64,000 bases of DNA, from positions 29,251 to 93,250 of the IMG/VR virus record IMGVR_UViG_3300022821_000013; one strand, 5' to 3'. The position numbers and the translations under genes were made by a program. Under the pieces are notes generated by a model that did no database searches, was not told the DNA's origin, and saw only the letters and a list, made by a program, of their open reading frames with translations. This stretch comes from a virus. Shown here one piece after another: positions 19,054 to 29,552 of this stretch (position 1 is its first letter; each line of letters begins with the position of its first letter).

Positions 19054-22000
19054 TCACCCACATTTACTAGAGCCACAATCTAAACAAGTAAGACACCCAT
19101 CCTGATATGCTAAATTTGTGGATTTGCATTCGGAACATTCATGCCCAGTTACAACTTCCAAATCATTTATATATCGTTTAAGTATACGTTTAACACCTGA
19201 TTTCCATGATGTTATAATATCACCATCTAAATTAAGACCATCTAATAAATCAACCACATATTTGATTGGCATACCATGCCTTAAAATAGCACTTACAATT
19301 CTACTAACATCATCGAATTCCTTAATCCCATACATTTTCAAATCAATAGTTGTAATTCTATCATCACCCTTCATATATATAAATATATATTCTGATTTAC
19401 CGTTTATTTTGGTTCGTTCAATCCAACCATTAGTAACATTATTAAGATTAAAATCTATATTATCAACTGGAATGGTAAATAGTTCGTATGGCTTATCATT
19501 ATATAATCCAACAAAACCAAACCATTTAGTACCATTAGATGTAAAATGAATAACATCACAATTTATTGTTTTGGGTCGTTTTGGTGCTTTAGTATCTTCA
19601 AATAAATCAATTTTAGTATCATTATTTGAAATTAAAACTCCACTACGAGATCCATCTCTATATATAGTACACCCCTTACATCCACTTTCCCAAGCAGTCA
19701 AATATATTTTATCAACTGTATCCTCATCAATATCATTTGGTAAATTAACCGTTACTGATATTGAGTGATCTACCCATTTCTGTATTTCACCTTGCATCTT
19801 AACTTTCTCCACCCAATTAACATCATTTGATGTTGCTTTATAATATGGAGACATAGATATTATAATATTAATCGTATTTTCATCTAAACCTACAAGATAT
19901 TCTTTACATTGATTATAATCCCATGATTCACTTATAACATCATTAGTTATATTAGAACGTATGTCATTCTGATTGTAAAAGAACCAATCTATGAATTTAT
20001 GGTGAAATACATTAAATTCCATCCATTTATCACCTAATTCATCTACAAAATCAACACGTGTATTTCTATCAGTTGGATTTATTTTTCTTCGTCTTCTATA
20101 TGAAACTAAAAACACAGGTTCAACCCCAGATGAAGTCTGTGTCATCATTGATACAGTTCCAGTTGGAGCAATAGTTAGTAACCCAATATTACGTCTTCCA
20201 TATTTCAATAAGTCATCTTTTATAGATGGGTCAGATTCTAATATCCTATTTATAAATGGATTGTCTTTCTCTATATCCCAATCCCATATTGGAAAATTAC
20301 CTCTATCTTTTGCTAATTGAACTGATTCCCTGAATACATTTATAGCATAACGTTTATGAACTTCTACTGAAAATTCAGTAGCAGGTGGAGTTCCATATAT
20401 TAATCCCATAGCAGCTAACATATCACCTTCACCAGTAACACCTATACCAGTTCGCCTACCCATCTCACATTTATATTTAATTTTAGTCCATAAATCAATT
20501 TCAGTTTGCTTGGTATTAATATCTTCAGGGTCTAAATTTATTTTTTCTAATATAGAATCAATTTTTTCTAATTCCAAATCAACTATATTATCCATTATTC
20601 TCATAATATATTTAGAATGTTCATCGAATAATTCCCAATCAAATTCAGCGTGTTTTGTAAATGGATTTTTAACGTAACTATATAAATTTAAAGCAGTTAA
20701 TCTACAACTATCATATGGAGGTAAAACAATTTCACCACATTGGGCAGTGAATACACCTATCATATTATTATGTCCAATTGAATTTTCTTTTATATCAGTT
20801 ATAAATGCCAATGTATGATTATCATCAACAGTTATATTATATACATCTTCATAACCATATATCTCTACAGATTTTACTTTGTGGTTATAATCAATGGATT
20901 TATATTTTAATTCTTTATATGTTTTAAATGGTGAATTAGGTCCAAATCTAAATGGAATATTATTTGTTTTACATCGTTCCTCCCACTCTACTTTGAGTGG
21001 GGTTCTATCCAATTCAAATTTCAAATCAGAATATATCTTAATTTGTAAGTCTTTATGTTTAATTTTAGTATCACTTGCTTGTCTACGAAGACCATTTAAA
21101 TTAGAGTTATCTGGTTTAGACCATGAATTCAAAGTAGAACATTTACGTGAACAAAATGTAGACTCTTTTGCATCATACGTAGTGTGGAATTCAGAGTTGC
21201 AATTTTCACATTTTTTATTAATGTAAACCTTACCTGTATCTATAAATACATCCAAATTCAAATCCATACCTTTATGTAATGTTTTAACTACTCTAGGATC
21301 AACATCATTATATTCACCAAATCCAAGTTTATTTGCTGCCCACACTGATAAATCGTTTAAATCATACCCTAAAGTATCAACTCTCCATTTTGATAATGAC
21401 TGTGGTATACCTTTCGATTTAGCAAATGTTGACCATTCCTTATAAGAAAATCTTCTTCTGAGTGTACTCGTTAAATCCAACGCATATTCTTTAATGTCTT
21501 CATTTGTAAATCCAGAGTATTTTCCATTCTTTTCTCCTTGTGTATCATTATCAGCATGATACTTGGCATGTTCTCTGAATGTCATAATCTCTAGATTATC
21601 AGGTGAATTATTTAATCCATTATAATCTTTATGATGTACAACCAAGCCACCATTAACCCAACCATTAACCTTATTTGCATTGTATTTTTCAGACCATAAT
21701 TCTGGATTGTTATATTTAGCAATTAACTTATGCTCAAATAATTTATCAATCGTAGAATCTTTGGTATTAGTATTAATTCTATAATATGGATTAGTATTAT
21801 TCTTTGATATGCGTTCTGAACGTTTAGTAAACCTCATTAAACTATCACCACATTTCAAATCCTTAGCCTCTATTTTAGTACCATCATATAATAAAAATTT
21901 ATGATTTGTAGTTGTCTTAATAGATGAGCCATCATCAAGTGTTATTTTTAGAATTTGTCTATCATTAACAGTTAGTCTTGGATTCCTACCCATTTTAATA

Positions 22001-23103
22001 TCTACTTTCCCAGTGATTGGATCTACACTATAAACAGGAACATCTTCTCCAATCTCAGCTAATTCTCGTATAGGAACACTATTTCTACCATCTGCAACCG
22101 CAACTAATGTATCCCCAGTCACACATGGATTTGTACTTACATCTCCAAAACCATATTCTTTATAACAATTACCAATTGATTCAGATAACATTTTATCCCA
22201 AAACATTACTCCTGGTTCTGCACTATTCCAAGCATTATGAATTATTTTAGACCATATATCCCTTGCTATTATTTTATTTCTTAATTCAGTCCCATCATTA
22301 TATTTAAAAACTAAATCATAACATATTTTATTCTCTAATTCATCAAGTTTAGTCTGTTCTGAATCAGTTATATCTAATTTATCACGTAACGTTTTATATA
22401 AATCTACATCTTCTTGGTTTGTTCGTTTGACAATAAACATAAATTCATCTAACATTTTAACTGATACATTAGCACCAGTTACCTTACCACTTTCCATTTT
22501 AGCATCTATAAAATCACCTACATCTGGATGCGAAACCAAAATAGATAGCATAAGTGCACCTCTCCTACCATCTTGACCAACTTCCCTTGTAGAATTTGAA
22601 TATCGTTCCATAAATGGAACTACACCTGTGGATGTTTTAGCTGAATTGTTCACAGGGCTATGTTTGGGTCTTATATGAGATAAATCATGACCAACCCCAG
22701 CTCTCCTCTTCATTAGATGTACTTGTTCTTCATCTATTTTAAGTATAGATCCATATGAATCTTCATCATTACCAATAACAAAGCAATTACTTATACTTAT
22801 AGTTTGTAAATCATTTCCTATGCCAAACATAGGACTTCCTTGTGGGATTATATATTTAAATCTATCAAATAAATTGAAATAAAAAGCTGAATCCTTCGCA
22901 TTTGGATATTTATTATCGATTCTAGAAATTTCATCCGATAACCTCCAATGCATATTTTCTGGATTTAACTCATAATAAATATTATCTTTATTCAATGAAT
23001 ATTTCGAAATCCAAGTTGTGGCTGAAATATCTTCATTGTTAAAATAGTTTTTTGTACTTTCTAATAAATCATCGTATGAATATGTATTCTGACTTATATC
23101 CAT
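19054..23103 (-). CDS. nrdJ: Class II (adenosylcobalamin-dependent) ribonucleotide reductase, intein-containing
   Basis: SNCFV, GQDGRRGALML, EPG, TNP|C...|CGEI, RRTGIG, TIAPTGT, SSGVEP, KGCTIYRDGSR, C-terminal Zn ribbon; no beta-subunit gene nearby. Confidence 0.93.
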   Translation of the reverse strand: MDISQNTYSYDDLLESTKNYFNNEDISATTWISKYSLNKDNIYYELNPENMHWRLSDEISRIDNKYPNAKDSAFYFNLFDRFKYIIPQGSPMFGIGNDLQTISISNCFVIGNDEDSYGSILKIDEEQVHLMKRRAGVGHDLSHIRPKHSPVNNSAKTSTGVVPFMERYSNSTREVGQDGRRGALMLSILVSHPDVGDFIDAKMESGKVTGANVSVKMLDEFMFIVKRTNQEDVDLYKTLRDKLDITDSEQTKLDELENKICYDLVFKYNDGTELRNKIIARDIWSKIIHNAWNSAEPGVMFWDKMLSESIGNCYKEYGFGDVSTNPCVTGDTLVAVADGRNSVPIRELAEIGEDVPVYSVDPITGKVDIKMGRNPRLTVNDRQILKITLDDGSSIKTTTNHKFLLYDGTKIEAKDLKCGDSLMRFTKRSERISKNNTNPYYRINTNTKDSTIDKLFEHKLIAKYNNPELWSEKYNANKVNGWVNGGLVVHHKDYNGLNNSPDNLEIMTFREHAKYHADNDTQGEKNGKYSGFTNEDIKEYALDLTSTLRRRFSYKEWSTFAKSKGIPQSLSKWRVDTLGYDLNDLSVWAANKLGFGEYNDVDPRVVKTLHKGMDLNLDVFIDTGKVYINKKCENCNSEFHTTYDAKESTFCSRKCSTLNSWSKPDNSNLNGLRRQASDTKIKHKDLQIKIYSDLKFELDRTPLKVEWEERCKTNNIPFRFGPNSPFKTYKELKYKSIDYNHKVKSVEIYGYEDVYNITVDDNHTLAFITDIKENSIGHNNMIGVFTAQCGEIVLPPYDSCRLTALNLYSYVKNPFTKHAEFDWELFDEHSKYIMRIMDNIVDLELEKIDSILEKINLDPEDINTKQTEIDLWTKIKYKCEMGRRTGIGVTGEGDMLAAMGLIYGTPPATEFSVEVHKRYAINVFRESVQLAKDRGNFPIWDWDIEKDNPFINRILESDPSIKDDLLKYGRRNIGLLTIAPTGTVSMMTQTSSGVEPVFLVSYRRRRKINPTDRNTRVDFVDELGDKWMEFNVFHHKFIDWFFYNQNDIRSNITNDVISESWDYNQCKEYLVGLDENTINIIISMSPYYKATSNDVNWVEKVKMQGEIQKWVDHSISVTVNLPNDIDEDTVDKIYLTAWESGCKGCTIYRDGSRSGVLISNNDTKIDLFEDTKAPKRPKTINCDVIHFTSNGTKWFGFVGLYNDKPYELFTIPVDNIDFNLNNVTNGWIERTKINGKSEYIFIYMKGDDRITTIDLKMYGIKEFDDVSRIVSAILRHGMPIKYVVDLLDGLNLDGDIITSWKSGVKRILKRYINDLEVVTGHECSECKSTNLAYQDGCLTCLDCGSSKCG
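20740..22125 (-). mobile_element. Intein (462 aa) with HNH homing endonuclease, ending in Gln
   Basis: Splits the active-site NP/CGE; begins CVTGDTLV, block B TTNHKF, HHKDYNGLNNSPDNL...H..YH, block F EDVYNITVDDNH, ends VFTAQ before C+1. Confidence 0.92.
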
Positions 23104-23162
23104 TAATTAACCTCTAAATTTTAAAATTATACTTATCGTGGATAGATAAATATAGTCAAATT

Positions 23163-24533
23163 TCAATAACGTGCAGAATGTTTTATTTTATCATTAAATG
23201 TAGTTCTTGCATTCCGTTTTAAGTTGTTTAATTTCGTAGTTTCATTATTAATATCAGCTTCTCCTGTTGAATTTATCAATCCATTTTCAAGAACAAAATC
23301 AAAATCTACTAAGAATTTATCCTTACCAAATCTATTTTTGATATTCCATAATCTACCTACTTCTTCTTCTTCTTCATTTCTATTCCAAGAAAATACAATA
23401 TCACATATATCAATCTTACCAATATGCTCCTTAACATGGTATTCTTTGATTACATCTGATTTCATACCTTCTCTGTTTGATTGCGTCACTATAACAACAG
23501 GAATATCATAATCCGTAGCTATAGCCTTACACCCTTTATATATAGCATCCAAATTAACAGCTTCACCATTACTAGTTAGTAAATCTGGATAATCTAATAT
23601 TACTATATTAGGTTTTATGTTCTTTTGAATTTTAGTTTCTATGTTGGAACGTATCATAGCTATTGTAGCTTGTCCAGGTGAATAATATGTTAAGTCAATA
23701 TTACCCTTTATAGATTGAATTGTATTGATGAATTGTATTTTATTCTCATCTTCATCTGGTAATCGCATTATAGCCTCTATCTCTGAATCTTCTAATGTAG
23801 TTGTTATAATATCATATCTACGACCAACATAGTCAGTTGATAACTCTAACGTATAATGAGCAACTCTATATCCATTCATAGACGCATATTGACCTATATC
23901 ACATAATAACCAAGATTTACCTCTACCAGACGCACCTATAAACATAGTTAATGAACCAGATGGTAAACCACCCTTTATTTTATCATTTACATGTTTCCAA
24001 CGTGTTGGTATAGATGATAATTTGTCTTCTTTATATCTATTATGTATATCTTCTTTATAATCGACATCATCATCATTTATATTACCAGCTACCATAGCTT
24101 TACCTATGATATTGAATATCTCTTCGAATTTTTTCTCTTCTAATAAATCAGCTGATTTCCATAATGCAAGTGTCATGTTAGCATTAACACAAAATTTTAA
24201 TGTATCATCTTTGATATATTGTAAGTCTGGAGCTGTATAATATTCTTTTATTGATAATATTGATTTTTTTACTTGCGTCTTAAATTGTTCATTTTCTTCT
24301 TTATTTAATTCATTGGCTAAAAATGATATATTTGGTATATTTTTATACTTCTCATAATAACCATTTATTAATTTTAATACCCATTGTAATGAATCACTAT
24401 CCAAATAATTATATTTTAGTATAGGTAACACCTTCTTAGCATATGATGCATCAGTTAATATAGATGATATTATCTTCTCTTGAAATTCAAGATCATATTC
24501 TAGTTTAAGTGTTAATTCATTTTGTTCAGACAT
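23163..24533 (-). CDS. Replicative helicase (T4 gp41/DnaB-like)
   Basis: GASGRGKS, YTLEL, ILDYPDLL, TQSNR, KNRFG. ATG at 24533 has an AAGGAG site and is preferred over the TTG at 24551. Confidence 0.92.
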   Translation of the reverse strand: MSEQNELTLKLEYDLEFQEKIISSILTDASYAKKVLPILKYNYLDSDSLQWVLKLINGYYEKYKNIPNISFLANELNKEENEQFKTQVKKSILSIKEYYTAPDLQYIKDDTLKFCVNANMTLALWKSADLLEEKKFEEIFNIIGKAMVAGNINDDDVDYKEDIHNRYKEDKLSSIPTRWKHVNDKIKGGLPSGSLTMFIGASGRGKSWLLCDIGQYASMNGYRVAHYTLELSTDYVGRRYDIITTTLEDSEIEAIMRLPDEDENKIQFINTIQSIKGNIDLTYYSPGQATIAMIRSNIETKIQKNIKPNIVILDYPDLLTSNGEAVNLDAIYKGCKAIATDYDIPVVIVTQSNREGMKSDVIKEYHVKEHIGKIDICDIVFSWNRNEEEEEVGRLWNIKNRFGKDKFLVDFDFVLENGLINSTGEADINNETTKLNNLKRNARTTFNDKIKHSARY

Positions 24534-24563
24534 ACATCTCCTTGTTCGCAATTATTATAATTA

Positions 24564-24595
24564 CAAACTTACACAATAATATTTAAAAATGCAAA
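24564..24595 (-). promoter_or_regulatory. Bacteroidota-type sigma-A promoter
   Basis: TTTG-N20-TAAGTTTG upstream of the helicase. Confidence 0.75.
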
Positions 24596-24597
24596 TT

Positions 24598-25647
24598 TTA
24601 TTTTTTAGATAGTATAGAATCTAATCTTACGAATGATCTATTTATCCAATTGTCGAATTGAAAGAATGATTTTGTCACTCCATCATTTATAATTAGTTCT
24701 CTAAGTTTAGTAGAGTTAAGTCGATTACTATATTTTATTTCTGTGAATAGGTTTCTTATCGTCATAACAGACTTAACATCTATTATTGGTTCCGATAAAT
24801 CCATCATATCCAAGTTACGCTCAAATAAATCCAAACTATTATTCATTTTATTAAATGTTTTATCATCTAAATTAGTAGCAAATTCCTCTATTCCAACTCT
24901 ATTAGGGCTTTTAAGGAATGAAAATGATTTTTTCATAGTTTCTTTTCCTATACCTTTAACTCCTTTTAAATTATCAGATATATCACCTATTATAGCTTTA
25001 TAATAAACAAAGTTTTTAGGTGTACAATTGAATGTATTTATAACATGTTCTTTATTTATAAGAATCTTGGTAGTTGGATTAAAAACATTACATTTATCAG
25101 GTTCTATCAATTGATAAAAATCTTGATCTGTAGATACAATAACACATTTTTTATATTCTAACTTCGTTGCTATATATGCAATCGTATCGTCAGCTTCTAT
25201 ATTATCAATTGAGATTATAGTAACTGGTAAATTATATAGATAATCTATTAATCGTTTAAATTGTAGTATCATTGATTCTTCTTCATCAACACCCTCAGAC
25301 GTTTCCTCTCGATTGTAGCGTTTTATTTTGCCTCTGTTAGCTTTATACCCAGAATACATCTTCTTACGTCTGTTAGAGCCACCAACACCATCAAAGACTA
25401 TAACTACTCTTGATGGTGCTAAGGTTCTAATCATATATTCTAAAGATATTAAGAATCCCACATACCCACCTACATAATAACCATTATCATTTATCTGTGA
25501 TGCCTTTATAAAACACGCTTTGTATCTATTGGTACCATCTAATATAAGAACATTGTCATTTAATTCAGTTGATATGTCAAGTCCGTTAGGTAATAATATA
25601 TCTTTAATCGTCATCAATACCTTTCTGATATGATACGGTTTCGTCAT
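24598..25647 (-). CDS. 5'-3' exonuclease / flap endonuclease (T4 RNase H-like)
   Basis: LDGTN, VFDG, YKANR, EADD, STDQDFYQL, GDISDNLKGVKGIG. Confidence 0.92.
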   Translation of the reverse strand: MTKPYHIRKVLMTIKDILLPNGLDISTELNDNVLILDGTNRYKACFIKASQINDNGYYVGGYVGFLISLEYMIRTLAPSRVVIVFDGVGGSNRRKKMYSGYKANRGKIKRYNREETSEGVDEEESMILQFKRLIDYLYNLPVTIISIDNIEADDTIAYIATKLEYKKCVIVSTDQDFYQLIEPDKCNVFNPTTKILINKEHVINTFNCTPKNFVYYKAIIGDISDNLKGVKGIGKETMKKSFSFLKSPNRVGIEEFATNLDDKTFNKMNNSLDLFERNLDMMDLSEPIIDVKSVMTIRNLFTEIKYSNRLNSTKLRELIINDGVTKSFFQFDNWINRSFVRLDSILSKK

Positions 25648-26770
25648 TCTCTACATCAGGTGCAGTCTTGTTAGTATAAGCCATAATATATCTATCAGCT
25701 ATCTTATCCTTTAGTTCATCTAATAGACCATTTTCACCAGTGAATATATCAGTAAAGTCTTTTTTCTGGAATCGAATCTCTTCACCAGAATTGGATTTGT
25801 AATCATAATAAGCTCCAGCCGATTTAACTATCTTATATGCTTTAGCTACTTTAAGAATAGAACCAACTTCATCAATACCAGACATAAAGTATAAATCAAA
25901 TAATTCTGTTTTTTCAGGTGGACCAAGTCTATTTTTCTTAATAGAAAACTTAACATTTTTACCTATCTTTTGTTCTAAACCATATTTATCAGTTTGTTTT
26001 AAAGTTCCAATTGTCTGTAACCTAACTTTTACTGATGAATGGAAGTCGATTGCTTTACCACCACTAGTTATATACTTATCTTGTCCTGGCATAGCACCTA
26101 TATTAACTCTAAGTTGGTTGGTAGCTATAAAAGTTATTACTTCTCTACCAAATACATTAGTTAGTTTACGCATAGCTTTAGATAATATAATTGGTTTTGA
26201 TGTTGCATATCCCTCTTTTCCAAATCCAGATGATAACTCTTCTGGTGTGGATGCCCCCATAACACTATCAAGTATTATAACAACTGGTATATCCTTGTCT
26301 CTAGATCTTATATCAACTATAACAGTTTCTATAATATCAAAAATAGTTTCTAAATCATCTTGTTCTATATGCAACCAATTTTTATTAAAATCAATACCAC
26401 ATACCTTACCAAAATATTCTGGTAAGAAAGAGTGTTCTGTATCTATATAGATAGCCATCCCACCCATTGCTTGTACCGACGCTAATATATGAGCTGATAA
26501 TAGAGTTTTACCTGATTGTTCTAATCCTGTAAGTTCTATTATTCTACCAGCTGGCATACCACCATATCTATTATTTGAAATTGCAAGATCAAGAATAAAA
26601 TTACCAGTTGATATATAATATGGAACAGTTCCACTATCTAAGAAGTCATCTGGTAGTTTGTACGCTACATCATAACCAAGTTTTTTACTGAACTTGGTGT
26701 TGAGACTGTCAGCTAATACGGATCCAAGATCTGGCATTTCCATAATTTCTTTTTCTTTCTTCTTTGCCAT
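25604..26770 (-). CDS. uvsX: RecA/UvsX-like recombinase
   Basis: ISTG...LD.AI, GRIIELTGLEQSGKT, YIDTE, LDSV, NQLR, SGGKAIDFHSS, KNRLGPP. Confidence 0.92.
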   Translation of the reverse strand: MAKKKEKEIMEMPDLGSVLADSLNTKFSKKLGYDVAYKLPDDFLDSGTVPYYISTGNFILDLAISNNRYGGMPAGRIIELTGLEQSGKTLLSAHILASVQAMGGMAIYIDTEHSFLPEYFGKVCGIDFNKNWLHIEQDDLETIFDIIETVIVDIRSRDKDIPVVIILDSVMGASTPEELSSGFGKEGYATSKPIILSKAMRKLTNVFGREVITFIATNQLRVNIGAMPGQDKYITSGGKAIDFHSSVKVRLQTIGTLKQTDKYGLEQKIGKNVKFSIKKNRLGPPEKTELFDLYFMSGIDEVGSILKVAKAYKIVKSAGAYYDYKSNSGEEIRFQKKDFTDIFTGENGLLDELKDKIADRYIMAYTNKTAPDVENDETVSYQKGIDDD

Positions 26771-26773
26771 ATA

Positions 26774-27670
26774 TTACTTGTTCTTATTAAATAATGCCTT
26801 AAAATTAGCATTGTCTGTTTTAGGTTTTACATCTTCAGTTTTTGGTTTTGGTTCTTCGGTTTTTTCTTTGGTTGTAACCACAACTGGTTTTATAACTGGT
26901 TTCTCAACTTCTTCGATTTCTGTTTTTGGTTCTGGTTCAGATGTTACTTCTGAGTTATCAGATGTTTCCTCAGATAGATAACAATCTAATATTCTTAATA
27001 ACTCTGCTTCCGATTCATATTGAAAATTGTCTTTTAATGATGGTTGGTTCATTATTAATTCAATATCATCTTCCGTAAGTTGAGTCACTTTTTGTTTAAG
27101 TAATATAGTTGTTGTATTGTCACTATTCATTTTAACATTTAACGCATGCCCATTATCTGGATCTAAAATATCACCTAATTCATCTGGTTCAGCCAAAAAT
27201 GCACAAATCTGTTTGAATGTTCCGTATGGATAAGACCATAATTTTAACTCATTACCTGCACTTGTTTCATGTAAAACAAATGAGAAATATCTAGATTTTC
27301 CCTCTAATGGTTGTAAGAAGTTCTTAACTTGTTCATCATCTAAATTATCAGCATATTGAGTTCTTAATTCAAAGAACATAGTGATAATTGGATCTGGTTC
27401 TCCAAATGTCATAGGAGATACAATTTTCTTAAAGTTACCTTGAAAATAATCTTTTAATGGAAAATGTTGTTTAACCTCTATAATTGGGTATCCATTTTCA
27501 ACTGCAATTCCTATATCATTACCCTCTGTAAACGGAACTAATTTAACCGTTTGGCTTTTTTCTTTTGATGGTTTGAAGTAGCTAATTTTGTTCTTTTTAG
27601 AACCACCACCACTTAGTCTATTTCTGATCAATGCTGGATCAACATTGAATTTTAATCCTGGTGTACTCAT
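26774..27670 (-). CDS. Single-stranded DNA-binding protein (T4 gp32-like)
   Basis: FKP...VKLVP, SPMTFGEPDPI, KLWSY, GDILDPDNG, charged C-terminal tail; adjacent to the recombinase. Confidence 0.7.
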   Translation of the reverse strand: MSTPGLKFNVDPALIRNRLSGGGSKKNKISYFKPSKEKSQTVKLVPFTEGNDIGIAVENGYPIIEVKQHFPLKDYFQGNFKKIVSPMTFGEPDPIITMFFELRTQYADNLDDEQVKNFLQPLEGKSRYFSFVLHETSAGNELKLWSYPYGTFKQICAFLAEPDELGDILDPDNGHALNVKMNSDNTTTILLKQKVTQLTEDDIELIMNQPSLKDNFQYESEAELLRILDCYLSEETSDNSEVTSEPEPKTEIEEVEKPVIKPVVVTTKEKTEEPKPKTEDVKPKTDNANFKALFNKNK

Positions 27671-27685
27671 CGTAACGCCTTTATT

Positions 27686-28885
27686 TTAATTTAAAAAATA
27701 CAAATTTTGATAATCATTTCCAACTTTTATAGTTGTATTATAAATACAAGATATTAATTTATTTATATCATGTAATAAATCTTCACCATCATTTAAATCA
27801 TAATCAAATAAGAAACTATCATATGTATATAATATTAATTTTGTATTACTATATTGTAGTCTCTTTATTATATTATTCATTATAATCGCATTATGCTCTG
27901 ATTCAAATGATTGTATAAAATAATTAAATAGTTTCTTTGGTGTTGGGTTATCTATATATTCTATATAAATCTTTCGTTTAAAGAAAAATGTAGTTATATA
28001 TCCATCCATAACAAAGGAAGTATATAATTGTCTAATATATTTATTCATTTTATTTGTGAACGTGTTATCTATATCATGCTCACCGTATAAAATCTTAAAA
28101 TTTATTTTTTTTGATTGTTCATACTGTTCGTCAGTCAAAACATCAGTATTAAAATATTCAATTCCTAAATTATAATGTATATTGTCATTATAATCATAAT
28201 CATAGCCAATTAAATCTGATATTATCTTCATATGAAATGATACATAGTCAAATTGTATTAATTTACCATTATCAAATCTAGATTTGATTTTATTACGTTC
28301 TCCGTTCTTCTTAGATATAGCCATCAAATTCATATTATCAATTACATTACTAGGTCTTCCAGCAACGTTATAATATGTCATATTAGAATATATTATATCT
28401 TCATTATACAAAATACCACTATTATTTATATGATGTATAACGTTATTAATTGTATCATGATATTCTATAAAATCATTAGTTATATCATTAAATTTTATAT
28501 ATGATATAGCATCAAGTATCTTATTTTCTATAATATAAATCGGAATTAAATAATAACATTCATCACCATAAAATAACTTGTCTTTTTTGAATATATCATC
28601 TATACTCAATGTATTGGCATAATTATAATATACATATGTATTTAAATCTATAAAAATATTATTTACTTCTGATTTGTATTCATATTTAATAATATATTTA
28701 CATTTAAAATCTGAGATATTGAATTTAATATTATAATCTATGTGATTAACACCTATTAAATATATAGAACTATCATCTAAATTATATAAACATACAAACG
28801 CATTATCTATAAAAAAATACAATACAAATTTATCATGTAAATCGTTTATACAATTTACATATTCATCTTGACTACAAATTATCAT
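27686..28885 (-). CDS. Truncated family A DNA polymerase-like protein
   Basis: AGRPSN, motif A QFDYVSFHMKI, motif B SKKINFKILYG, motif C LYTYDSFLFD. Confidence 0.7.
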   Translation of the reverse strand: MIICSQDEYVNCINDLHDKFVLYFFIDNAFVCLYNLDDSSIYLIGVNHIDYNIKFNISDFKCKYIIKYEYKSEVNNIFIDLNTYVYYNYANTLSIDDIFKKDKLFYGDECYYLIPIYIIENKILDAISYIKFNDITNDFIEYHDTINNVIHHINNSGILYNEDIIYSNMTYYNVAGRPSNVIDNMNLMAISKKNGERNKIKSRFDNGKLIQFDYVSFHMKIISDLIGYDYDYNDNIHYNLGIEYFNTDVLTDEQYEQSKKINFKILYGEHDIDNTFTNKMNKYIRQLYTSFVMDGYITTFFFKRKIYIEYIDNPTPKKLFNYFIQSFESEHNAIIMNNIIKRLQYSNTKLILYTYDSFLFDYDLNDGEDLLHDINKLISCIYNTTIKVGNDYQNLYFLN

Positions 28886-29484
28886 TATCTATAAAATTGT
28901 AATAAATTACTTAAATATGATGTTATACCATTAAAATCAAGTTCTGTATTAATTAATACACGTTTATTGGTTTCATACACACCACTTTCCAATCTAACAC
29001 CATTAGAATTAAATTTATCATGTTTTATACCTGATATTTTCCATTTCAATGTAGTTAATTTATGAATTACACTATAAAAATTACTTGTATTATTATTCAA
29101 TATATTATAATCAGTTTCAGATATTTCAGATATTGGTGCTGATATATCGTTTCTGCGTTTCATAAAATATCTATTAATATATCCAATATTATAATCATCG
29201 TCATCTGGAAATGGTGAATATGGACTAATAGATATATTATCGTAATATGAATCAAACATACCATTACTAGCATTTCTATATTCAATTATAGAATTATCCA
29301 ATTGTGATAATAATTTAACGGATCTACCACCTATGTATGATGGTAATGAATATAGCTCACCAGTTACATATCTATGATACCAACCAATATATTCTTCGGT
29401 TGATGAATCATAAATTAATTCACCGCCTCTGGTATAAAGACCTTTTTCAATTTCATTGTCCGAGTAGGATAATCTGTTTCTCAT
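28885..29484 (-). CDS. Hypothetical protein
   Basis: 199-aa ORF (LYTRGGE...YIGWYH...GYINRYF...LKWKISG). Confidence 0.7.
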   Translation of the reverse strand: MRNRLSYSDNEIEKGLYTRGGELIYDSSTEEYIGWYHRYVTGELYSLPSYIGGRSVKLLSQLDNSIIEYRNASNGMFDSYYDNISISPYSPFPDDDDYNIGYINRYFMKRRNDISAPISEISETDYNILNNNTSNFYSVIHKLTTLKWKISGIKHDKFNSNGVRLESGVYETNKRVLINTELDFNGITSYLSNLLQFYR

Positions 29485-29518
29485 ATAATATTCATCTATT
29501 ATGTTAAATAATAATATA

Positions 29519-29550
29519 CAAACTTAACTAAAAGAAATTACATTACCAAA
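29519..29550 (-). promoter_or_regulatory. Bacteroidota-type sigma-A promoter at the structural/replication boundary
   Basis: TTTGGTAATGTAATTTCTTTTAGTTAAGTTTG, nearly identical to the copy at 11367. Confidence 0.8.
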
Positions 29551-29552
29551 TT

